A stretch of 64,000 nt of DNA from contig JACJXF010000002.1 of the NCBI GenBank assembly GCA_020636775.1, positions 144,331-208,330 of the forward strand. The letters run 5' to 3'. The position numbers were made by a program, and so were the translations under genes. Source of the stretch: Bacteroidales bacterium. Its GTDB lineage: Bacteria > Bacteroidota > Bacteroidia > Bacteroidales > GCA-2748055. Under the pieces are notes generated by a model. That model was not told where the DNA came from. It did not search any database and saw nothing but the letters and a program-made list of their open reading frames with translations. Of this stretch, positions 1 through 8,738 are shown in pieces. Numbering within the stretch: position 1 is the first letter of the stretch; the number at the start of each line of letters is the position of its first letter.

Positions 1-269
1 TGCCATACCACATTAGTTCCTGTATCATCAAGCTTATTTTCAATAATAACAAGTCCCCCATCTTTGTCAATGGCAAGAATGTCGAGTCTTTCGTTGGTTT
101 CACTGAACCCTCGAAACTCTTTTTGAATGATCAACAGTTCTTCACCGAGCATTTCCGGATTCTTCGCAATCCATTCCTGTAAGTGTTCCCTTTCCCTAAT
201 GTGAAGTTCTTTGAACAGTCTCTGTTCAAGTTTAATGACGTTATTAGCGGCTTTATTGATTCGGTACAT
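1..269 (-). CDS. PD-(D/E)xK nuclease-like protein (NucS/DUF4268-like), N-terminal part; continues past the left edge
   Basis: Absent from the ORF track because it runs off the window. My own reverse-strand translation from ATG 269..267 gives MYRINKAANNVIKLEQRLFKELHIREREHLQEWIAKNPEMLGEELLIIQKEFRGFSETNERLDILAIDKDGGLVIIENKLDDTG... It has a D..D...ExK pattern (DILAID / IIENK). It starts 13 nt after the hsdS stop on the same strand. Confidence 0.6.
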   Translation of the reverse strand, partial: MYRINKAANNVIKLEQRLFKELHIREREHLQEWIAKNPEMLGEELLIIQKEFRGFSETNERLDILAIDKDGGLVIIENKLDDTGTNVVW

Positions 270-281
270 GATGCTATATTT

Positions 282-1505
282 TTAAACAAACATTTGTTGT
301 AACAGACCTTTCTTCCACTGCTCTGTTTTTTCAATCTGGGTGCTGCAATGGTTTATTTTATCATCGAGGGAGGAGAGGAAATTAGAGATTTTGGTTTGCT
401 CAGAGCCACTGGGAAGAGATATCGTCAACTTCATTAATTGAACCTTGGACATATTATACCTCGTACTACCCTGTGCTAATTTTATAATGTCATTCCTAAA
501 TCCTTCACTTCTAAATAAATAACGCGCAAAGAATGGACTGAGTATTTCAAAAGAATTAGGACGATATCCGAAACAAAAACTATTTAAATATAATTCATCC
601 ACATGGTCAAGAAGAACTGAAGCTGTGCCTATTTCATCTGGGGTTTCAGAAGAAACTGTAAAGAAAACATCCCCAAAACGGACTTGGTTGTGACTTTCAT
701 TTTCACCAATTTCGACATATTCAAATCTTGAGATATCTATTTTTGAATCGTCAAAGATTTGTTTGTACTGTATATAAGGTTTCCCCTGACCGAAATTTTC
801 TTTTGTTTTACCGGTTAGTCCATTATAGGTTTGCCCTACTTCTGCAAGCGTTTTCTTCTCCCACTCCGGAAACTCCTTCCCCTCATCATCCTTAAACCTG
901 ATTTCCTGCGAAAATATCTTCTGGATCACTCCTTTTTTGTATTGTTCCAGGAGGTTTTTCTTTTGTTTGAGCTGGGTGAGTTTGGTGTCGACGGAGGTGA
1001 GGAAAGAGGCAATTTTTTGTTGCTCGGGGAGGGAAGGTAATTTGATTGAGATCCTATAGAAATCACTATGATTTAAGTCGGGTATAGTGGATGTCCCTGC
1101 ATATTGCATTATAACTTTTTGAGTATTAGGCAATTTTAAAAAATAGAATAAAAACCATTTATGAATCTCCCCTGAATATTTAATTTTAAAGAAATTATTA
1201 TGAAAAGCACCATTGACACCAGTAACAATTTGACCAGTATTGCCTGTTCTTGTCATTAAAATATCATCTTCAACACATAATACTGAATCAGTGGGATTTT
1301 TAATGTAAAACTTCTTTAGAGAACCCGCTTTAATAAATTCATTCGTAATATAGAAATAACTGTTTTCAACAGGTTCAAGAAATCTTTCAGAAATTGGAAT
1401 TTGTAATCCTTGATTAATCTTTGTTATATCTCCCAATTTTTTCTCTGCAAAGTCGCTTGAAAACTCAGGAAATCGCAATACTGGAATATATTTTTGATTT
1501 ATCAT
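282..1505 (-). CDS. hsdS: Type I restriction-modification specificity subunit HsdS (two target-recognition domains)
   Basis: 407 aa. Two variable halves are each followed by a conserved coiled spacer (LPSLPEQQKIASFLTSVDTKLTQLKQKK... and LPSGSEQTKISNFLSSLDDKI...). The ATG lies 3 nt after the hsdM stop. Confidence 0.9.
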   Translation of the reverse strand: MINQKYIPVLRFPEFSSDFAEKKLGDITKINQGLQIPISERFLEPVENSYFYITNEFIKAGSLKKFYIKNPTDSVLCVEDDILMTRTGNTGQIVTGVNGAFHNNFFKIKYSGEIHKWFLFYFLKLPNTQKVIMQYAGTSTIPDLNHSDFYRISIKLPSLPEQQKIASFLTSVDTKLTQLKQKKNLLEQYKKGVIQKIFSQEIRFKDDEGKEFPEWEKKTLAEVGQTYNGLTGKTKENFGQGKPYIQYKQIFDDSKIDISRFEYVEIGENESHNQVRFGDVFFTVSSETPDEIGTASVLLDHVDELYLNSFCFGYRPNSFEILSPFFARYLFRSEGFRNDIIKLAQGSTRYNMSKVQLMKLTISLPSGSEQTKISNFLSSLDDKINHCSTQIEKTEQWKKGLLQQMFV

Positions 1506-1508
1506 AAC

Positions 1509-3080
1509 TTAAAAAGGAGATGATATATTAAGCTCATTACAATATCCTGCGATTAACTTATCTGATTCTTTCATTTGCTTATCGAGTTCTACCAGTTCTT
1601 TTGCCAACTGGTTAATATCAATATTATCCTCTGCTTCAAAAGTATCCACATACCTGGGAATATTAAGGTTGTAATCATTTACAATAACATCCACCAGCTT
1701 TATTCGTTTGCTGTATTTATCTTCCTCCGTACGATTACGGTACGCTTCCACAATCTTACTTATGTCTTCATCCCTCAGATGATTTTGGGTTTTTATTTTC
1801 TCAAAATGTTGGCTGGCATCAATAAACAAAATATCCTCAGGATTCTCACGACATTTTTTAAAAACGAGTATACATGCAGGAATGCTCGTACCATAAAAGA
1901 TGTTAGCCGGTAATCCGATAACCGCATCCAAATAATTCCGATCTTCAATAAGATATTTGCGTATATGCTGTTCTGCTCCCCCGCGAAACAAAGCTCCATG
2001 AGGAAGTACAATTGCCATGGTTCCATTTTCCGTGAGCTGGTAAATCATATGCTGCACGAATGCAAAATCTGCTTTGCTGGAAGGTGCGAGCTTACCGTAC
2101 TGGCTGAACCGGTCATCGCTCATAAAGAGTGGACTTGCACTCCATTGTGCGGAGAACGGAGGATTGGCTACAATAGCTTCAAACCTTTTATCAATATGTT
2201 GGGGATGTTCCAGTGTATCTTCCTGCTTTAGATCGAACCTCCGATAATGCACGCCATGCAAGATCATATTCATTCGTGCCAGGTTATATGTGGTACGGTT
2301 TAATTCCTGTCCGTAAAAGTTGCTTACATCCTGAACTTCCTTTGCAACTCGTAGCAAAAGAGATCCCGATCCGCATGTGGGATCATAAACCGTTTTGAGT
2401 TTGCTTTTCCCAGTGGTAACTAATTTCGCCAACACTTTACTTACAGCCTGGGGGGTATAGAATTCACCTGCTTTTTTACCAGCACCGCTGGCGAACTGCC
2501 CTATAAGGTATTCATAAGCATCACCCAATACATCCGCATCAGCATTTTCGAGCTGGAAGTCAATTTTATCCAAGTGGGAGAGAACCTTTGCAATGAGTTC
2601 GTTTTTGGCGGATTCGGTTCTTCCGAGTTTGGTACTGGTAAGGTCGAGGTCTTCGAAAAGGTTGTCGAAATCGTCCTCGCTGGCGGTTCCCATAGTACTT
2701 TGCTCTATACTGATGAGGATTTTGGCAAGGTCTTCAAGTATAAAATTGTTTTCGCCTTCCTTATCACTATTCCCTCGCTTGGCAACTTCACTGAACAGTT
2801 CAGCAGGGCGAAGGAAGTATCCCAGGGTGGCAAGGGACTCTTCTTTTATCGCTTCTATGTATTGCTTCCCTTTTGAAGTATCCTCCTTTATATCGCGGTA
2901 TTTGATCCCGTCCTGCTTCAGGATAGAATCGGCATACCGGTACATTTTCTCAGAGAGGTACTTATAAAAGACAAAACCCAGGATGTAATCGCGAAACTCA
3001 TCGGCATTCATTTTACCACGGAGGGTGTTGGCAATGTTCCAGAGCTGTTGTTCGAGTTGTTTTTTTTGGTCTTCGGACAT
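1509..3080 (-). CDS. hsdM: Type I restriction-modification N6-adenine DNA methyltransferase HsdM
   Basis: 523 aa. It has the SAM motif DPTCGSGSLL, the catalytic NPPF motif (IVANPPFSAQW) and an HsdM N-terminal domain (QLWNIANTLRG). Confidence 0.93.
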   Translation of the reverse strand: MSEDQKKQLEQQLWNIANTLRGKMNADEFRDYILGFVFYKYLSEKMYRYADSILKQDGIKYRDIKEDTSKGKQYIEAIKEESLATLGYFLRPAELFSEVAKRGNSDKEGENNFILEDLAKILISIEQSTMGTASEDDFDNLFEDLDLTSTKLGRTESAKNELIAKVLSHLDKIDFQLENADADVLGDAYEYLIGQFASGAGKKAGEFYTPQAVSKVLAKLVTTGKSKLKTVYDPTCGSGSLLLRVAKEVQDVSNFYGQELNRTTYNLARMNMILHGVHYRRFDLKQEDTLEHPQHIDKRFEAIVANPPFSAQWSASPLFMSDDRFSQYGKLAPSSKADFAFVQHMIYQLTENGTMAIVLPHGALFRGGAEQHIRKYLIEDRNYLDAVIGLPANIFYGTSIPACILVFKKCRENPEDILFIDASQHFEKIKTQNHLRDEDISKIVEAYRNRTEEDKYSKRIKLVDVIVNDYNLNIPRYVDTFEAEDNIDINQLAKELVELDKQMKESDKLIAGYCNELNISSPF

Positions 3081-3267
3081 TTAGGTATAAGTTAATTCAC
3101 TATATCATGGGAAGTTAATAATAATAGCTAACCTTGAATAATCAATTTTATTACAAACGAAATCTACCCAATCTGGATTTCTCTATATTTTAAAAGTAGT
3201 ATTTTTTTTACGATAACCCAATGAGGGTCTATAATATTGATCGAATATTAATTATCTATATCCACCC

Positions 3268-4506
3268 TCATTTGAAAAAAGAATGATCGGCTAATAATAG
3301 TGCGTTTTCCTGTTCGCTTACTTTTATGTACTGCATAAATGCTTTTTCATTAGTATGACCTGTGATACGCATTATTGCTATCGTATGTATATCCGACGAA
3401 AATGCATTAGTAGCAAAGGATCTTCTGGCAATATGGGAAGAAATAAGTTCATATTTATGAAGGCTGCGTTTATAACTTATTCCTTTTCTATTTTCTCTTA
3501 TAATTACAGTTTCCTCAATACCTGCAAGCTTTCCGATATGCTTCAGGGTACGATTCATTGCTTGGTTTGAGTCAGGTTTAGGGATATTTCCTTCATATTT
3601 TTCTAGAATTTCTATTATGGTTTGGTTTAGAGGAATTACCACCCTTGAACTGGTTTTAATAGTTCTAAGTGATATAAATTGATTTTCTTCAATAGTTTGA
3701 AAATTTGCTTTTTTAATCTGACTAAAATCTGAAAAGCGTAAACCGGTAAAACAACCAATCAGGAACAAATCGCGAACCTTTTCCATTCCTGGTTTAGCTG
3801 AAAGATCCAGCTCTCTGATTCGCTTTATCTCGTCCAACCGTAAATAAATTGCATCTGCCTCCTGAAATACTACTTTGAATTTTCTTTGTTTATAATCCAG
3901 ATTAGAATTTAATCCTCTGAATTTAGCTTCATTTAAAACAGCTTTTAAATTCTTAATATGCAATCCGATTGTGTTTTCACGCATACCATATACTTTTTGC
4001 ATATGGTCAATAAAAGCATAATAAAAATCCATATTAATATCTTCAAACCTGAGTTTTGGTTTGAAACTTTTTAGAGCACCAAGGGTTCTTAAATAGGTTT
4101 TGACAGTACCAGCCGTCTTCGTGGATCTCGATTCCTTTATGAATTGCTCAAAGAAATCATAAAGAGATTTAGGCTCCTTGACCAGAATTTCCTTAACCCT
4201 TCTCTTTCTATTAAGATAATTTTCCAGTTTATCCTTTACTTCTTTGGATTTTAGGTTAGGTTCTGCAACCATTTGTCTATTGACTAAAGAAAGGATTGCG
4301 GATTCGAGAGCTGCGATAGATTTGTTTAATTCTCCGGAAGCTGGAACACCTTTCTTTATACGTAAATCCTTTGTCCAGCAATGGGAATCCAATCGAATTC
4401 CAAAGGAATAGTCAATACGCCAGTTTTTCGAATTCCGGATTACAAGTACAAGCAGACGTTTATTAGAAGTTTTTCTGCCAAGGAGTCGTTTTGTTATAGT
4501 TGCCAT
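3268..4506 (-). CDS. Tyrosine site-specific integrase (Bacteroidota phage-integrase type)
   Basis: 412 aa. The C-terminal catalytic signature is HIARRSFAT (HxxR) and GHTNEKAFMQYI (nucleophile Tyr). It lies immediately downstream of the 3' end of tRNA-Cys. Confidence 0.88.
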   Translation of the reverse strand: MATITKRLLGRKTSNKRLLVLVIRNSKNWRIDYSFGIRLDSHCWTKDLRIKKGVPASGELNKSIAALESAILSLVNRQMVAEPNLKSKEVKDKLENYLNRKRRVKEILVKEPKSLYDFFEQFIKESRSTKTAGTVKTYLRTLGALKSFKPKLRFEDINMDFYYAFIDHMQKVYGMRENTIGLHIKNLKAVLNEAKFRGLNSNLDYKQRKFKVVFQEADAIYLRLDEIKRIRELDLSAKPGMEKVRDLFLIGCFTGLRFSDFSQIKKANFQTIEENQFISLRTIKTSSRVVIPLNQTIIEILEKYEGNIPKPDSNQAMNRTLKHIGKLAGIEETVIIRENRKGISYKRSLHKYELISSHIARRSFATNAFSSDIHTIAIMRITGHTNEKAFMQYIKVSEQENALLLADHSFFK

Positions 4507-4565
4507 TGATTTTGGTTTTAACCCAAATCGAACAACTGTATTAACCGTGTAAATGTGTTGTTACC

Positions 4566-4606
4566 AAAAAAAGAAACCCCTGTATGTTTTGCAATACAGG
4601 GGTTTC
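4566..4606 (-). terminator. Rho-independent terminator downstream of tRNA-Cys
   Basis: A perfect 13-bp stem, GAAACCCCTGTAT (4573-4585) / ATACAGGGGTTTC (4594-4606), with an 8-nt loop. It is followed on the minus strand by a 7-U run (A-run 4566-4572). Confidence 0.8.
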
Positions 4607-4609
4607 AGG

Positions 4610-4680
4610 AGGTCGGTAGCGGACTCGAACCGCTGTAACTGGTTTTGCAGACCAGGGCCTAACCACTCGGCTAACCGACC
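4610..4680 (-). tRNA. tRNA-Cys (anticodon GCA)
   Basis: The reverse complement folds as a cloverleaf: acceptor GGTCGGT/ACCGACC, 3-bp D stem GCC/GGC, anticodon stem CTGGT/ACCAG with loop CTGCAAA (GCA), T arm AGCGG-TTCGAGT-CCGCT. No CCA is encoded. Confidence 0.9.
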
Positions 4681-4928
4681 CAGACTATTGTTCTAAATAA
4701 CTCTTATCGAGTCTAGCAGCTCTCAATAAACTAACTTGCTTTTTGAATTCAAAACTTCAAAGCTGTGCAAAGATAAGAATTTTCTTTTTTAATTCGAAAG
4801 AAGTAATACGATCTGAAAATAAGGGTAAAATTTGAATATTATTTCATCTGCTTAATCAAAAAATGGCAGACCTTTTGAAATTGATTATACAATTTGTATA
4901 TTGCAAAATGTAAATTACAATTTGCGCA

Positions 4929-6065
4929 ATGAATATAAAACCACAAACACCATTTCCGGCAACCGGATATTTTGGCCCCGAGTACTTTTGTGATAGGGAG
5001 GAAGAGCTGGCTCAACTGATCAGAAATATAAAAGGTGGCAATTCAACAACATTGATCGCCCTTAGAAGACTTGGTAAAACCGCGCTGATTCAGCATCTGT
5101 TTTATACTCTGCAATCAAAATACCTGACGATTTACCTCGATATACTGGCAACCGAATCCTTAAGTGAACTGTTAAATCAGCTCTCTACTTCTATTGCGAA
5201 TCAATATTCAGAAAAGAGCCCTGTTGGAAAAAAGTTATGGCAAACCATCAGGTCATTTCGACCGGTAGTTAGTTATGATGCGCTTAACGGATCACCACTG
5301 ATAAGTATTAAATCCAGTCCGGAGGAAAGTAAAAAGAGCATTGCCGAAATATTTTCCGTTCTTGAGAAGCATTCGAAACGGGTAGTAATTGCCATTGACG
5401 AATTTCAACAAATACTTGAGTATCCTGAAAAAGCCACAGATGCCTGGTTGAGATCTCTTATCCAGCAATTAAAAAATGTCAGCTTTATTTTTTCTGGCAG
5501 TCAGCAGCATATAATGAAGGAAATTTTTGCTAATCCTTCCCGGCCTTTTTACAGAAGTTCCCAATTTATTAAAATCGGAAAACTAAAAGAGGAAAGATAC
5601 AGAAGCTTTATTATTTCGAAATTTAAGGAACATTCGAAATCCATTTCAGAAGAAACAGTATCCGAAATACTAAAATGGACTGATTTACATACCTATTATG
5701 TTCAGCTCTTATGCAACCGTGTATTTCTGGCTTCCAAAAAAGTGATAACTACTGAGATATGGAAAGAAGAAGCTGCCAAAATTTTAAAAGAGCAGGAATT
5801 TGTTTTTTATGGTTACAGGGAAATGCTTACGCGTCCGCAATGGGATTTTCTCAAAGCGGTGGCTGTTGAGGGAGCTGTTTATCAGCCAACATCATCAGAT
5901 TTTATTTCCCGTTATGGGCTCGGGAATTCCGCCACGGTTCAGCGTTCATTGATGTCCCTTCAGAGGATGGAGCTGATATATAAGGAGAATGACCAGGATG
6001 GCAGAAATTATTACGGGATTTATGACCTTCTTTTCTCACGATGGGTGAGACGATTTTTTGAATAA
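4929..6065 (+). CDS. AAA+ ATPase (archaeal-ATPase/DUF234-type ATP-binding protein)
   Basis: 378 aa. Walker A is LRRLGKTALI and Walker B is VVIAIDEFQ. The C-terminal region looks like a winged helix, as in ATPase+DUF234 proteins. Confidence 0.7.
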   Translation: MNIKPQTPFPATGYFGPEYFCDREEELAQLIRNIKGGNSTTLIALRRLGKTALIQHLFYTLQSKYLTIYLDILATESLSELLNQLSTSIANQYSEKSPVGKKLWQTIRSFRPVVSYDALNGSPLISIKSSPEESKKSIAEIFSVLEKHSKRVVIAIDEFQQILEYPEKATDAWLRSLIQQLKNVSFIFSGSQQHIMKEIFANPSRPFYRSSQFIKIGKLKEERYRSFIISKFKEHSKSISEETVSEILKWTDLHTYYVQLLCNRVFLASKKVITTEIWKEEAAKILKEQEFVFYGYREMLTRPQWDFLKAVAVEGAVYQPTSSDFISRYGLGNSATVQRSLMSLQRMELIYKENDQDGRNYYGIYDLLFSRWVRRFFE

Positions 6066-6069
6066 CTTT

Positions 6070-6612
6070 CTATTGTCTGGTAAGTGTCATCTCAAAATTC
6101 TGAAACCAGCTTACCCCATCCCGGGAATATTCTCCCTTTTCATTCCATTTATCATCCTCTGTATGCTTTAGCGTATACCTGATCTTTCCCCATTCACCTT
6201 CCATCCCCCAGGAATAGCTTCCGTCGGGATTTGAACTGAAATCGCTGTCGATATAGTTACCTCCCCTGTATGCCCTCATAACAAATTTTGAGTTTTGCTG
6301 ATCATAAGTGAGAATCCCGAATGCCTCAAACTGTATTTTTGCCTCCTCTCCCGCATCCGGAATATCAAAACCTCTTCCTTCCATAGTGATAATAGTACCT
6401 TCCACACGACTTACTAAATGCTCCTTTTGCAGCAGTGTGGTTTTTAACTGGTCTCTTCCAATATACCAGGCCTCCCCCTGCCAGTCTCCTACCATCCAAT
6501 TAAAATTTTTCATTTTTTCAATTACTGCTGCAGGTCTGGGCTGAGCGGAAATAATGCTTCCAAAACTAAGTCCTGCCAAAATGACTATTATTACAAATCT
6601 TGTTTTTTTCAT
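6070..6612 (-). CDS. Secreted hypothetical protein (lipocalin/DUF1579-like beta protein)
   Basis: 180 aa with an N-terminal signal peptide (MKKTRFVIIVILAGLSFGSIISAQ). No catalytic motif was recognised. Confidence 0.5.
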   Translation of the reverse strand: MKKTRFVIIVILAGLSFGSIISAQPRPAAVIEKMKNFNWMVGDWQGEAWYIGRDQLKTTLLQKEHLVSRVEGTIITMEGRGFDIPDAGEEAKIQFEAFGILTYDQQNSKFVMRAYRGGNYIDSDFSSNPDGSYSWGMEGEWGKIRYTLKHTEDDKWNEKGEYSRDGVSWFQNFEMTLTRQ

Positions 6613-6658
6613 GCTTGTTTTTTAAATAATGATTTTTATTACATTCAGAATTCCCCCC

Positions 6659-6964
6659 TTAATCGGGAGAAGATCCTTTTTCCCCCGATAAATACCCTGA
6701 TAAAGCCTTCACATAGTTCTCAAAAGCCCTGGCTCCTTTTTTTGTGATGGAGCAGCTTGTCAGGGGATAGTTATTCCGGAAGCTTTTTTTTATATCAATG
6801 TATCCCTCTTCCTTAAGCCTGGATAATTGAATACTGAGATTTCCCTTGGTAGCACCGGTTTTTTCAAGAAGGTAGGTAAATTCAGCCGACTCCATTCCAA
6901 CCAGCAGTGACATGATTGCGAGCCGTAATTGTGAATGCAGGACCGGATCAAGTGGTTCAAACAT
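6659..6964 (-). CDS. Winged-helix transcriptional regulator (HTH_34/ArsR-MarR-like)
   Basis: 101 aa. The sequence LHSQLRLAIMSLL...FTYLLEKTGATKGNLSIQLSRLKEEGYI is typical of small wHTH regulators. It overlaps the upstream membrane-protein gene by 8 nt. Confidence 0.7.
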   Translation of the reverse strand: MFEPLDPVLHSQLRLAIMSLLVGMESAEFTYLLEKTGATKGNLSIQLSRLKEEGYIDIKKSFRNNYPLTSCSITKKGARAFENYVKALSGYLSGEKGSSPD

Positions 6965-7544
6965 AGCTTTCTTTTGTATAATTAAGTATTATTCCGGGAA
7001 TAAGATAACTGATTAATATAGCTGCAGCCACCAGTATCATCTGAATACCGTAATCCTGAAAACTGCAGATGATCGCAATTATCCAGGCAGCAATAGCACC
7101 TGCTATCATCCATTTAAATCTGAGCATCCCACCGGAAATAAAGGTAGTAAAGCCATACATCATAATTATCAGTGGATTTATCTGGGTTTCAGATAATAAT
7201 CGCTGAGATGCCAGGAAAGCAATAAAAATAATACTGATCACAAAACCTGTCCATAAATAAGTATTTACTCTGCCTACATAAGTCTTAACCTGAGGCTTTT
7301 TTTTCTTTCCTGATAGTACAAAAATATTCAGAACTATTGCCAGTGCACCTGCCACCGCCCAGCTTAACCAGTGCAGTTCACTGTTAAACACCGCATATAA
7401 AACGTACTGGGCTATGGCCGCTGCAAAAAATAATGAACCCCAGACGATATAATAAAATCCACCATTTCTGAAATTCTGTCTTGAGATATTAATCATCGAT
7501 TGTATCATTTCAAAACTTTCTTCCTGTGATAATTGCTTTTCCAT
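6957..7544 (-). CDS. Integral membrane protein (about 5 TM segments), co-transcribed with the wHTH regulator
   Basis: 195 aa with strongly hydrophobic segments. Its stop overlaps the start of the regulator gene. Confidence 0.55.
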   Translation of the reverse strand: MEKQLSQEESFEMIQSMINISRQNFRNGGFYYIVWGSLFFAAAIAQYVLYAVFNSELHWLSWAVAGALAIVLNIFVLSGKKKKPQVKTYVGRVNTYLWTGFVISIIFIAFLASQRLLSETQINPLIIMMYGFTTFISGGMLRFKWMIAGAIAAWIIAIICSFQDYGIQMILVAAAILISYLIPGIILNYTKESYV

Positions 7545-7733
7545 TTTAGTTTTTATTTATAATTAGGTTACAAATATAAAACATGTTTATAATATAAACC
7601 AAATATAAATGAAAATATTTTTCTCATGGGGTTTCTGAACATAATTGTCTGGTAATTTATATATAATGGATACGAGGGAAAATAAGTGATCACATATGCG
7701 AATTGAAAACTCGGGAAAAATGAAAATGCTTTT

Positions 7734-8405
7734 TCACTCAGGTAATCTGCCAATAAATCGATCCTTCTCTTCGGGACTTAGATTCTTAAATTCTTCCATA
7801 TAATGAAGTTCTTCTGTGGTTTTATGTTTATTAAGATTTACAAAGACAATCTTACCCTGTCCCTTTCCAAATTCTCCCCTGAAATCATAAAAACCTGCCA
7901 GTATGGTTAGTTTACCGGCCTTCACCAGTTCCCGGTACTTTTTATAGGCAATGCTCACCTGGTAGTCGAGATTTTTCTCAATAACATGTGAATGCAGACT
8001 ATCAAAATCGTCAGTTTCTCCAAACTCATGTATTATGGGCCTCAGAAAATCCAACTCATGTTTAATTCCCTCGCTCTCCTCATCAAATCCCTTTAAATAG
8101 GCCTTAATTGCTCCACAATCGGAGTGCCCCAGAAACATTAAAACCGGTGTCTTCAGATGGTAAATCCCATAATCAACCGAGCCCTCAGTTGATAATATCT
8201 GGTTTCCGATATTCTGAATGGAGAAAATTTTATTGGAAGTATCAGGCATCAGCGCCCGGAGCGGTACTCTCGAATCGGAACAGGTCACCAGGGTAATAAA
8301 AGGTTCCTGCTTCAGCTTAAAGCTTTCGAAGAACGCACGGTCGTGTGTGGAGGTAAACAAGGTGTTTCCTTCAACAATTCGGGAGATTATTTCGGGAACG
8401 GTCAT
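7734..8405 (-). CDS. Beta-class carbonic anhydrase
   Basis: It has the zinc-ligand motifs CSDSRVP and GHSDCGA. The ORF in the track runs to 8519, but the internal start MTVPEIISRIVEGN (ATG 8405) gives a typical ~223 aa beta-CA. Confidence 0.8.
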   Translation of the reverse strand: MTVPEIISRIVEGNTLFTSTHDRAFFESFKLKQEPFITLVTCSDSRVPLRALMPDTSNKIFSIQNIGNQILSTEGSVDYGIYHLKTPVLMFLGHSDCGAIKAYLKGFDEESEGIKHELDFLRPIIHEFGETDDFDSLHSHVIEKNLDYQVSIAYKKYRELVKAGKLTILAGFYDFRGEFGKGQGKIVFVNLNKHKTTEELHYMEEFKNLSPEEKDRFIGRLPE

Positions 8406-8738
8406 GGGGAGGAGGTTTATTTTACTCTTCAGTCGGTAAATATACTCAGATAAAGTTATGGAATTCTGCGGAATGTGAATATATGGTTCCGGAAAACCCC
8501 CCAGACAGCCTGTGCTCATCCCTCGTCTTCAGAAGAACGCCAGATCACTTTTATTCGGTTTTTTTTACTAAATTCCGTTTTCAAATAACAATAACAGGAT
8601 TAATCGACTTTTTTGAGTGTTATTATGTAATATTTCCAAACATATATTGTGAAATTTGAATGTTTTGGCTAATAGATAAAATGAGATAGGAGAGGTGTGT
8701 GTGGATGATATCAGGCATATAAAATAGTTACCAACCAT

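Noticed and set aside
3268-4506. The tyrosine integrase as the integron integrase for the cassette array.
   Set aside because: It lies 4.2 kb from the first cassette, separated from it by a tRNA gene and five unrelated genes. At 412 aa, with a long N-terminal arm/SAM-like region, it fits tRNA-island integrases rather than ~320-aa IntI enzymes. It cannot be excluded as a trans-acting factor, but nothing in the sequence supports it.
282-4506. A phase-variable (shufflon-type) type I R-M system driven by the adjacent recombinase.
   Set aside because: Only one hsdS gene is present. I saw no silent hsdS fragments and no inverted repeats within hsdS in the window.
7568-7753. A 61-aa ORF in the gap between the membrane-protein gene and the carbonic anhydrase gene.
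   Set aside because: Its composition is aromatic-rich and AT-driven, it overlaps the carbonic anhydrase stop, and it has no recognisable features. It is most likely promoter or terminator DNA.
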